Shown here one piece after another: positions 26,262 to 34,401 of a stretch of 36,070 nt of DNA. A program made the translations under genes and the position numbers. The stretch lies in contig JAGQNX010000008.1 in NCBI GenBank assembly GCA_020427865.1, positions 1 through 36,070 of the forward strand, given 5' to 3'. Every line of letters begins with the position of its first letter. Positions within the stretch are counted from its first letter, which is position 1. This DNA is from a candidate division WWE3 bacterium (GTDB taxonomy: Bacteria > Patescibacteriota > WWE3 > UBA101185 > UBA10185). The notes under the pieces were generated by a model. It was given only the letters and a program-made list of their open reading frames with translations. It was not told the DNA's origin and made no database searches.

Positions 26262-27263
26262 ATGTATAGTTTGCCTACAACATTTGAAATTGCAGGTTTT
26301 ACGTTTCAAACCTTTGGCTTATTCGTTTTTTTTGGATTTGTATTTTTAACCTTTGCAACTTGGTATGAAGGCAAAAAAGATGGTTTTGATGATGAGCGTC
26401 TTTTTGATCTGCTTTTTGTTTCCTTATTTTCATCTATTTTTTTTGCAAGACTTTTTCATGCCTTATTAATCAAGCTTTCCTTTATGGAGACCCTAGAACA
26501 CATTGTACATATAGGTACTCCGGGGCTTCATTATGCGGGTTTGTTTCTGGGGTTTATAACCCCTGTTTATATAATCTCAAAGCGTTGGCGTTGGTCTATT
26601 TTTAGAATTTTCGATATATTTTCTATTGCTTGGAGTTTATGTTTATCTGTAGTTATGCTTGGATATGTAGCACTACAACAAAAATTTGAATACATAATAG
26701 CTTTTAGTTTATGGCTATTATTATTTGGCATATTCACTTTGCTTCGCAATAAAATTTTAAAGTCTGGGTTAGTGTTTTCTATGTTTTTACTTGCTAATGT
26801 AATCTTGTTTTACGCTTTTTTCCCATCTCCCAACTATTTGATATTTTATTCTTTGTTAGTTACACTTAGTTTATCTAATTTGTACTTTAGGGAAAAGTAC
26901 GCATCTTACAAAGTGCCATTAAATTTAGATTTACTAAAACAATTAAAAAATAGATTAACCTCCAAAAGCAAAGATTTAGGAGATGCTGCAAAGCTTATAA
27001 AAAAAGAGGATCCCTATTTCCAAGAAGGTCGTACTTCCGACAATGCGGAACTAACTGATGAGGTATATGAGGATGTAGGACACTTAAATGCTGAGGCACG
27101 TCAAGAGAGTATAAATAAGTCACAGCAACAAATTTCTAAAGCTATGGAAAAAATAGCCGAAGGAACTTATGGGATTTGCGAACAATGTGGAAACAAAATC
27201 TCCGAAGATCGCTTGCAAGCCTACCCAGAAGCTACTACATGTATTAAATGCAGCGAAAAATAA
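26262..27263 (+). CDS. Fusion protein: Lgt-like polytopic membrane domain plus C-terminal DksA/TraR C4 zinc-finger domain (YlyA-like)
   Basis: The N-terminal roughly 205 aa resemble prolipoprotein diacylglyceryl transferase (FEIAGFTFQTFGLF..GF....., DLLFVSLFSSIFFARLFHAL, GTPGLHYAGLFLGF). The C-terminus carries ..ISKAMEKIAEGTYGICEQCGNKISEDRLQAYPEATTCIKC, starting at nt 27177. Confidence 0.6.
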   Translation: MYSLPTTFEIAGFTFQTFGLFVFFGFVFLTFATWYEGKKDGFDDERLFDLLFVSLFSSIFFARLFHALLIKLSFMETLEHIVHIGTPGLHYAGLFLGFITPVYIISKRWRWSIFRIFDIFSIAWSLCLSVVMLGYVALQQKFEYIIAFSLWLLLFGIFTLLRNKILKSGLVFSMFLLANVILFYAFFPSPNYLIFYSLLVTLSLSNLYFREKYASYKVPLNLDLLKQLKNRLTSKSKDLGDAAKLIKKEDPYFQEGRTSDNAELTDEVYEDVGHLNAEARQESINKSQQQISKAMEKIAEGTYGICEQCGNKISEDRLQAYPEATTCIKCSEK

Positions 27264-27682
27264 GAGTTCCCTTATTTTTTTTAGTTACGTTCTCTATTTT
27301 TTGTACCAGTTATCTCGTGAGAGAATATTATGCTTCCAATTATTATCTTCTGGGGAAATTTAATTGTAACTTTACCCACAGTTATTTAATACATTTTATT
27401 AATTTTGTGGTTTTAGGGTTAGTATTTTATTTTTTACGTAAGCTAGTATTTAGCACTTATTCTTATACTATTTTAATGTCAATGTTACTTGGCAGTGCTG
27501 TGTCTATAACATTTGAACGTTTGATAGCTGGATGTGTTTTTGACTATTATAATTTTGGAAGTAAATTTTATTTTAACTTACCGGATGTTTTTATTTTGAT
27601 TTCCATATTGACGCTTGGTTATTTGCTTAGTATAAAGCCTATAATGTCCAATTTTATAAAATGGGCGTTGAAAAAATCTTAA
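27248..27682 (+). CDS. Divergent signal peptidase II (LspA)-like membrane protein
   Basis: LLGSAVSITFERLIAGCVFDYYNF....YFNLPDVFILISI aligns with the LspA boxes GGAIGNxIDR ... VVDFI ... FNIADSSI. It lies between a DksA-type gene and an rluA/D-type gene, as in the B. subtilis ylyA-lspA-rluD arrangement. Confidence 0.55.
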   Translation: MQRKIRVPLFFLVTFSIFCTSYLVREYYASNYYLLGKFNCNFTHSYLIHFINFVVLGLVFYFLRKLVFSTYSYTILMSMLLGSAVSITFERLIAGCVFDYYNFGSKFYFNLPDVFILISILTLGYLLSIKPIMSNFIKWALKKS

Positions 27683-28422
27683 TTAAATACAATTATCTAT
27701 TACTTTGTATAGCTTGGTTTGTTTTAGATATAGTCAATGTATCTTCTGGTAATATTTTAGGTACTTTAAGTATTTGTTTTGGGGTGTTAATTGCATTTGT
27801 TAGTTATCGCTTAATTTTGTTTATACATATCAACCCTTTAACTTATTTTAATAAGAACTTTTTATATATATATCTTTCATATTTTTTACTAACAGGTATT
27901 AGATATGTGTTATATGGAGTTTATTATTTAGCAGGAAATATGTCTTCAATTGTGTTTTTACACACGCTCTTAGTATTTGTGGGAGTACTGTTACTGTGTA
28001 TATCTCTAGTATTATTGGTGTATCCTAACACTTTGTTAAATCTCTCCTTTATGAGACTTGTTACTTTTTATGTATGTATCTACTACTTTGTATTAATAAT
28101 TTTTAGTGCTTTAGGGACTATGTATTTAAATGATTTTAAAATTTACCTTTTGAATTTTTTGCCAATATTTAACATTGCAGGCAATTTATTTATAGCTATT
28201 TACATAAGCATCAGGCATATAACAAAGCGTATGTCTGTGTATTTTTATAGTGTTGTACCCCAAACATCTTATATGATTTTACTTTTAACATTAGGTTGCG
28301 TTGGCATCTATATGGAAAATCAGTACTTCTTTTATAGTTTAATGGTTTACTTGATAAGTAGCTTTATATTATTCTGCATTTTAATTGCTCCTTTTAAAAA
28401 CACTGGAAAAGTTATATTTTAA
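27661..28422 (+). CDS. Polytopic membrane protein of unknown function (253 aa)
   Basis: Long uninterrupted ORF in a very AT-rich stretch with about 7-8 hydrophobic segments. I recognise no motif. It overlaps the lspA-like gene by 22 nt and ends 4 nt before the next start. Confidence 0.5.
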   Translation: MGVEKILIKYNYLLLCIAWFVLDIVNVSSGNILGTLSICFGVLIAFVSYRLILFIHINPLTYFNKNFLYIYLSYFLLTGIRYVLYGVYYLAGNMSSIVFLHTLLVFVGVLLLCISLVLLVYPNTLLNLSFMRLVTFYVCIYYFVLIIFSALGTMYLNDFKIYLLNFLPIFNIAGNLFIAIYISIRHITKRMSVYFYSVVPQTSYMILLLTLGCVGIYMENQYFFYSLMVYLISSFILFCILIAPFKNTGKVIF

Positions 28423-28426
28423 ACAC

Positions 28427-29218
28427 ATGGAATTAAAACCAACTGTATTATTTGAAGATTCATACATTATTGCTGTAAACAAACCCTACGGTTTAGTAGT
28501 TAATAATTCACGTTCGTGGAAGGGGATTACGCTCCAAGATTTGGTTTATGGCTATATTAATAGTTCTATTGATTCTTTTCAGACATACCTTGATAGTATT
28601 AAGAATTTAGAAACTATAGAAAAAGCTCCTATAGATGAGTCTAGTTTGTTTACACAAAGGTGGGGCTTAGTGCATAGATTAGATAAAGAAACTTCGGGCG
28701 TTATCTTGATTGCAAAGAACGAAGACATGTTAGTAAACTTACTTAACCAATTTAAATTTAGGCAAGTTAAAAAAATGTACATAGCTTTGGTTTATGGGAA
28801 ATTTCCTAAAGATTACATTGAAGTTAACGCACCAATTAAAAGACATCCATTACATCGTACCAAGTTCGCCGTGGTAGTTGATGGTAAACCTTCTCAGACA
28901 TTTTTTAAACTTAAGCAGCATTATAGATGGGGGACCCAAATTATTTCCTTAATCACTGCAGAACCTAAAACTGGTAGAACTCATCAGATTAGAGTTCATT
29001 TAACTGCATTATTACATCCAGTCTTAGGAGATAATTTGTATCTTGGAAAGAACCGAGTACAAAATAGTAGGGAAGTATTTGGGCGGTTAATGTTACATGC
29101 ATCTCACATAGTATTTACCCATCCTGCAACAAATACCTCCATAAGTATAGATGCGCCTTTACCGCAGGAATTTCTAGAAATATCTAATATTGAGGGTATA
29201 TCTGCATTAAACGAGTAA
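28427..29218 (+). CDS. RluA-family pseudouridine synthase (no S4 domain)
   Basis: HRLDKETSGVILIAK (catalytic Asp) and KTGRTHQIRVHL. The ATG at 28427 (MELKPTVLFEDSYIIAVNKP) is preferred over the ORF-track start at 28385. Confidence 0.85.
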   Translation: MELKPTVLFEDSYIIAVNKPYGLVVNNSRSWKGITLQDLVYGYINSSIDSFQTYLDSIKNLETIEKAPIDESSLFTQRWGLVHRLDKETSGVILIAKNEDMLVNLLNQFKFRQVKKMYIALVYGKFPKDYIEVNAPIKRHPLHRTKFAVVVDGKPSQTFFKLKQHYRWGTQIISLITAEPKTGRTHQIRVHLTALLHPVLGDNLYLGKNRVQNSREVFGRLMLHASHIVFTHPATNTSISIDAPLPQEFLEISNIEGISALNE

Positions 29219-29264
29219 AAAATATACACTTGTAGATTTTGCAATAGTTTGGATAATTATATAC

Positions 29265-30362
29265 ATGCCCAAAGCTGCCCGTGTTGGTAAAAAAAGCACT
29301 GCATACAAACAAAATAGTAAAAAAAGTGGTCAGGTTATAAATAAAACATCACTGCACTATATTTTTGCATGCGTATTTGCATTAATATTCTTGGTTTCGT
29401 TTGGTACATATAAGATTTTTACAATTGATTTTGCCTCAGCTAATTCTGATTCTACATTTATACATGCAAAGCAGTTGCTAAACTTGCATGCACTTATTCT
29501 ATTAGAAGTTTCGGATGAATTTGATACACAGGATGCATCTACATATCTTTTAAAGTCCGTAAAGGTAGTTTTTTATGAAAAAAAAACAGGAAATATAGAT
29601 GTTTTGACTTTAAATTCCAAGGCTTTAGTAGATTATCCTAAAAAGATTGGAGAAGAAAGCTTAGATAAAAGTTTGCAGCTTGGGTATTCTGTTGCTGACA
29701 AAAAAATGGATTATGGATCTGATTATGCTAGGGTAGTAGTTCAACAATATCTGGGGTACCCTATCGATGATTATGTTTTATATAAAACTTCAAATAAGGA
29801 CTTAATAGATTCTATGTATATTACATCTGGTGGTTTATCTACCTTATCTAGTGTTTGGTCTGTTGGTTTAAGTTCCTCTACATTTGAAAATTCTATTGAT
29901 TCTAAGCTATTTTTAACAAGTATGTCTTTTAAAGACTATTTGAGTCTATACCGGGGTTCTTTAGCTACCCAAACAAATGTTACAAATGGTATAGATTTTG
30001 ATGAACCTGCCTTTGATACCTATGTACAGTCTTTATATGCTAGAAACCCCAGTGATTTTGTATCTGGTAGTTCCGTAGCAATATTAAATTCTACCAATAT
30101 CTCGGGCTTAGCTAAGCAAGGGTCACGAGTAGTGCAAAATTCTGGTGGCTATTTACTTACAACAGATAACGCACGAGAAAATTACGATAAAACAACACTG
30201 ATAATTGATAGCTATGATAATCCCTATGCGTATGTTTTATATCGATATTTTGATATGTCTCTTGAGAATGTTCGTTTGATTAAAGATAGCACCCAGATAC
30301 TTGAGCCAATTTTAGATAGAGCTGATGTTACGTTAATTATTAGTTTTGACAATAGCCCTTAA
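29265..30362 (+). CDS. Membrane-anchored LCP-like protein with C-terminal LytR_C domain
   Basis: Basic N-terminus plus one TM segment. The C-terminal SSVAILNSTNISGLAKQGSRVVQNSGGYLLTTDNARENYDKTTLII matches the LytR_C pattern. The central region only loosely resembles LytR-CpsA-Psr. Confidence 0.5.
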   Translation: MPKAARVGKKSTAYKQNSKKSGQVINKTSLHYIFACVFALIFLVSFGTYKIFTIDFASANSDSTFIHAKQLLNLHALILLEVSDEFDTQDASTYLLKSVKVVFYEKKTGNIDVLTLNSKALVDYPKKIGEESLDKSLQLGYSVADKKMDYGSDYARVVVQQYLGYPIDDYVLYKTSNKDLIDSMYITSGGLSTLSSVWSVGLSSSTFENSIDSKLFLTSMSFKDYLSLYRGSLATQTNVTNGIDFDEPAFDTYVQSLYARNPSDFVSGSSVAILNSTNISGLAKQGSRVVQNSGGYLLTTDNARENYDKTTLIIDSYDNPYAYVLYRYFDMSLENVRLIKDSTQILEPILDRADVTLIISFDNSP

Positions 30363-30395
30363 CACTGTAAAATAAACATATAGTCTCTCTCCAAA

Positions 30396-30412
30396 CCCCG
30401 CCTAAGGCGGGG
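30396..30412 (+). terminator. GC-rich hairpin after the LCP-like gene (terminator-like, poor U-tract)
   Basis: CCCCGCC-TAA-GGCGGGG followed by TAAAAATT. Confidence 0.35.
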
Positions 30413-30429
30413 TAAAAATTCCAACACAA

Positions 30430-30435
30430 TAGAAT
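30430..30435 (+). promoter_or_regulatory. Candidate -10 box TAGAAT exactly 6 nt upstream of the ATG of the large ATPase gene (leaderless candidate)
   Basis: TAGAAT at 30430-30435, spacer aaattt, ATG at 30442. No SD sequence. Confidence 0.35.
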
Positions 30436-30441
30436 AAATTT

Positions 30442-32979
30442 ATGTTTTTGTATTTTTTATTACCAATAATATTCATATGTGTTGCAGTTATATTTGTAAT
30501 TCGTCGTCTACGTGAAGTTGTAGTATTCGAACCTACACATATGCAAAATATTGTAGTGTTAGAAGTACGTGTTCCCAGAGATGATTCAGCTTCTGAGCTG
30601 CGTACCGCACCTTTAGCTGCGGAGCATATGTTTGCTTCTTTGCATGGGTTACTAGTTGAAGACAGCTCTTCTCAAGATCATATCTCCTTTGAAATAGTTT
30701 CTGATGTTAATGGTATTAGGTTCTATATAGCAGCTTCCTCGAACATTGTTGAGTTTGTTAAAAGCCAAATTTATGCACAGTATCCAACTAGCCAGATAAG
30801 TGAAATAGATGACTACACCGCAAATGCACATCTATCCGCTGGTTATGAACTTTCGGATATTGCACTTCAAAAGTCACAAATATTTCCTATAAAAACATTC
30901 CGGGATTTTGAGGTAGACCCACTATCTGCCATTACTTCTGCCTTAGCTCAAGTAAAAGCCGACGAACAAATATGGTTTCAACTTGTAATACGTCCTATTG
31001 CCGATGTGTGGCAACCCGAAGGTCATGACTATGTTAAAGCTACTACTACCGGAGTATCTGCCTCTAAGAAAATAGATTGGAAAACAAGCATTTTAGGGTT
31101 AATAATTCGTGAGATTGCCACTATCTTAGCAAATTTTATCCCAACTTTAATGGGGCGTCCCTTAACTGGTATGCCAGGTGTTTCAAGTGGTGGTCCTAGC
31201 CTTCCTACACTTTCTGCAGGGCAGGAATTAGAGCTAAAAGCTATCGAAAATAAACTTTCAAAGATGGGTTTTGAAGTAAACCTGCGTGTTTTCGCTTCTG
31301 CTTCTGACTCAGACAAAGCTAAAAGCAACATTAGGGCTGTAGGTGCTTCCTTAAGACAATTTTCCACTGCAAATTTAAATGGCTTCACCCTTGTTGCGTC
31401 TGCTAACAAAAAACATTCCCTAACTGAATACACCTCAAGAACGTACGATGTCGAAAAAGGTTTTGTATTATCTATAGAAGAGCTAGCTTCTATATTTCAT
31501 TTGCCTACATCTTCTGTAGAAACACCTAATATTGACTGGGTAAACGCCAAAAACTCCGAACCCCCTCCAAATCTACCTACTAGTGACTGTACTTACATAG
31601 GTTACACATTATTTAGAGACAAGAAAGTTAAGTTTGGTATTAAAAACGGTGATGATAGATTACGTCACATGTATTTAATCGGTAAGTCTGGTACTGGAAA
31701 ATCATCTATGTTTAAAACCATGATTACGCAGGATATTCAAAATGGTTTTGGTGTTGGTGTACTCGATCCTCATGGTGAGCTTATTGAAGATGTATTATCT
31801 TATATTCCAGATCATCGCATAAAAGATGTTATTTTAATTGACCCCTCTGATTTTGAACGTCCTGTAGGTATAAATCTTTTGGAACTAGAAGATCCATCTC
31901 AACGTAATTTAATGGCGTCAGCCCTTGTATCTGCGATTAAGGTACATTTTGATTATTCATGGGGACCTCGTTTAGAATACCTGCTTAATTATGCTATTTT
32001 AACTTTATTAGAAGTTCCTGGGACCACTATGCTTGGTATAACACGTTTATTAACGGATCCAAATTACCAAAACTATATAGTTCATCAAATTAAGGATCCT
32101 GTTGTACGTGAGTTTTGGGAAAAGGAGTATAAGACCTTACGGGGCAATCAAAAATTTATAAGTGAAGCTATTGCTCCAATCCAGAATAAAGTTAATAGAT
32201 TTTTAGCTTCTACCACTATTAGAAATATTCTTGTTCAAAAAAACTCAACTATAGATATTTGGGATGCTATGAATAGTGGGAAAATATTATTAATGAACTT
32301 ATCCAAGGGTAAAGTAGGGGAGGATAATGCCAATTTATTAGGTGCTTTATTGGTTTCTCGTATTCAGTTTATGGCACTACAAAGAGCTAAAATATCTAAC
32401 CCTGCGGACAGAAGACCTTTTTATTTATACGTAGACGAGTTTCAAAATTTTGCTACAGGAAGTTTTGAGTCTATATTATCTGAATCTCGTAAGTACAAGT
32501 TAGGTTTATATTTAACACACCAATATACCTCACAACTACCTCCTGAACTCTTAAGTGCTGTATTTGGTAATGTTGGTACTATCGCAAGTTTTTCTGTTGG
32601 GGCTAGTGATGGTAGAGAATTAGAAACCGAATTTACACCCCATTTTACTGCTGCAGATCTAATTTCTTTAGATAGGTTTCAAATTTATATTAAACTTATG
32701 GTAGATGGTATGACTTCTGTTCCGTTTTCTGGTCGCATATTACTGCCTTGGAAGGATGATGAAGCTCCTGCGCGTAAATATGCCCAGAACCGTGAATTGG
32801 CAATAGAATATAGTAGACGCATGTATGGTAGGGACTATAAAGATATTGAAGAAATTATTTCCAGATGGGTTGCACGCCCTTTTGATAAAGGAATGGCTAT
32901 AGCAAACGAGATTAAATCTAAAAAGAGTAGTTCTTCTGGAGGCTCTGTATCGCTTAATTTAGGAGATTTCAATCAGTAG
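30442..32979 (+). CDS. Membrane-anchored P-loop NTPase of the TraG/VirD4 (type IV coupling protein)/HerA-FtsK-like class with an uncharacterised roughly 400-aa N-terminal domain
   Basis: N-terminal TM segment (MFLYFLLPIIFICVAVIFVI). Walker A GKSGTGKS (31681-31704), VLDPHGEL, Walker B-like FYLYVDEFQNF (32419-32451), then SRKYKLGLYLTHQYTSQL, which resembles the TraG/TraD C-terminal ATPase module. Confidence 0.65.
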   Translation: MFLYFLLPIIFICVAVIFVIRRLREVVVFEPTHMQNIVVLEVRVPRDDSASELRTAPLAAEHMFASLHGLLVEDSSSQDHISFEIVSDVNGIRFYIAASSNIVEFVKSQIYAQYPTSQISEIDDYTANAHLSAGYELSDIALQKSQIFPIKTFRDFEVDPLSAITSALAQVKADEQIWFQLVIRPIADVWQPEGHDYVKATTTGVSASKKIDWKTSILGLIIREIATILANFIPTLMGRPLTGMPGVSSGGPSLPTLSAGQELELKAIENKLSKMGFEVNLRVFASASDSDKAKSNIRAVGASLRQFSTANLNGFTLVASANKKHSLTEYTSRTYDVEKGFVLSIEELASIFHLPTSSVETPNIDWVNAKNSEPPPNLPTSDCTYIGYTLFRDKKVKFGIKNGDDRLRHMYLIGKSGTGKSSMFKTMITQDIQNGFGVGVLDPHGELIEDVLSYIPDHRIKDVILIDPSDFERPVGINLLELEDPSQRNLMASALVSAIKVHFDYSWGPRLEYLLNYAILTLLEVPGTTMLGITRLLTDPNYQNYIVHQIKDPVVREFWEKEYKTLRGNQKFISEAIAPIQNKVNRFLASTTIRNILVQKNSTIDIWDAMNSGKILLMNLSKGKVGEDNANLLGALLVSRIQFMALQRAKISNPADRRPFYLYVDEFQNFATGSFESILSESRKYKLGLYLTHQYTSQLPPELLSAVFGNVGTIASFSVGASDGRELETEFTPHFTAADLISLDRFQIYIKLMVDGMTSVPFSGRILLPWKDDEAPARKYAQNRELAIEYSRRMYGRDYKDIEEIISRWVARPFDKGMAIANEIKSKKSSSSGGSVSLNLGDFNQ

Positions 32980-33002
32980 TTTGTTATACTACTAATGTAC
33001 TT

Positions 33003-34373
33003 ATGGACAATAACAATAATCAATATATTCAAATATCTGCCGACGATTTTAAAAGACTCAATAACTATTTAAGTAATGTTATAGGTAATGCCACTAAGCT
33101 TCAACAAATTCTTTCTACGTTAGAAATGCCTCCTGCAAAGACTAAGATTAAAAAAGAGTCTCCTAAAACCTTAACTGTAAACAATGGCGATATAGGATCT
33201 GTAACCGAAACGCCATTAGTAGAGAAAGTTGAAGAAACTGTTGTAACTCAATCAGAAGAAGCTGCTGGTGAACAGAAAATATACCCAGATGATATTACTA
33301 GTTCGTCGAACTCTGCAGATAGTAGTGATTTGGGTAGTATGTCTATTGAAGCTGATGGCGTTGTCGTTGAAGATTTAGAGGATGTTGCAGCACGTCAACT
33401 AGAACAGGGAAGTTCTAAACTAGGCTTTTTTGATGGTAATCATTTAGTTACAGAAGATAATAAAAAGTTTGTAGTGCCTGCAAATTATTCTGCAAAATCC
33501 AAACTAATATATGGAGACATTTTAGAAATGATAGCTACTCCTGATGGTGACAAAAATAACTTTAAAATAATTAAAAAAATACCAAGAGAAACCGTTACAG
33601 GTATGCTTTCCAAAGATAATACTGATTGGAAACTACTGACTGCTAAAGGGGTTTATAAGCTCTCACCAACTGCGGCATCCTTTATGGAAGCTCAACCCAA
33701 GATGCACGCTTCTGCACTTATACCAAAAGAGAATCCTGCCGCCCCCTTTGCTGCTCTAGATTCCGTAGGTGTGCCTATGACTGCTGAATTGACTGAAGTG
33801 TCCTCAAACATATCAACATCTTCTGATTCTTTAAATTTTGAGAGTGCTGACACAGTTTTAGTACCTGTAGAACCTACCTTAAGTTCTCTTCCGAAGGAAA
33901 GTTATAGCCCCGATTTGCCTGAAAGTAACGCCTTTGTAATCGAAGAGCCTATGTCAGACCCGTTGCCTAATCAATCTTCTTTGCAGCTTGAACAAACCAG
34001 TCATATAGATGATTTAAATGCTTCTTTAGATAAGAGTTTTGCTGATTTAGCCGTAACTCTTGGTAAGTCTAATAATATGAACAGTGGTACTATTTACTTA
34101 TCAAGTTCTGCTATACCATCTATCGAAGAGCCTGAAAAGCGTGAAGTGGCTCCTAGCGTAGCTGAAGTTCCTACAGAAATGGTACCTCAACCCGCATATA
34201 TGCCTCCAACACCCCCGTTGAGACAAGATAACATTGCTATACCTCCTACAGCACAAACCGTTTTAGATGAACCTTTTACAAAAGTTTCTCCTACTAAGGT
34301 AATTTACCCCGAAGCTTCTACCGTTCAGTCTTTAGATGCTAATAAAAACTTTGAAGAGTACGATTTAAGCTAG
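33003..34373 (+). CDS. Hypothetical protein, largely low-complexity (acidic, S/P-rich) with one central globular segment
   Basis: 456-aa ORF with no TM segment or signal peptide recognised. A central segment (..LGFFDGNHLVTEDNKKFVVPANYSAKSKLIYGDILEMIATPDGDKNNFKIIKKIPRETVTGML..) looks like a small beta-rich fold. It starts 23 nt after the ATPase gene. Confidence 0.5.
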   Translation: MDNNNNQYIQISADDFKRLNNYLSNVIGNATKLQQILSTLEMPPAKTKIKKESPKTLTVNNGDIGSVTETPLVEKVEETVVTQSEEAAGEQKIYPDDITSSSNSADSSDLGSMSIEADGVVVEDLEDVAARQLEQGSSKLGFFDGNHLVTEDNKKFVVPANYSAKSKLIYGDILEMIATPDGDKNNFKIIKKIPRETVTGMLSKDNTDWKLLTAKGVYKLSPTAASFMEAQPKMHASALIPKENPAAPFAALDSVGVPMTAELTEVSSNISTSSDSLNFESADTVLVPVEPTLSSLPKESYSPDLPESNAFVIEEPMSDPLPNQSSLQLEQTSHIDDLNASLDKSFADLAVTLGKSNNMNSGTIYLSSSAIPSIEEPEKREVAPSVAEVPTEMVPQPAYMPPTPPLRQDNIAIPPTAQTVLDEPFTKVSPTKVIYPEASTVQSLDANKNFEEYDLS

Positions 34374-34386
34374 TCGTTGTGTATTG

Positions 34387-34395
34387 TGCTATTAT
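34387..34395 (+). promoter_or_regulatory. Extended -10 promoter TGCTATTAT exactly 6 nt upstream of the yebC GTG (leaderless candidate)
   Basis: TG at 34387-34388, TATTAT at 34390-34395, spacer gttcat, GTG at 34402. That GTG yields the canonical (M)AGHNKWSKIK N-terminus. Confidence 0.4.
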
Positions 34396-34401
34396 GTTCA
34401 T

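Noticed and set aside
26240-26262. Perfect palindrome GCTTATAAGC between efp and the fusion gene
   Set aside because: It is a 10-nt AT-rich palindrome overlapping the efp stop. It is too short to distinguish from chance and has no loop for a hairpin.
27169-27363. 64-aa ORF spanning the junction of the fusion gene and the lspA-like gene
   Set aside because: It is out of frame with two better-supported overlapping genes, and its sequence has no features.
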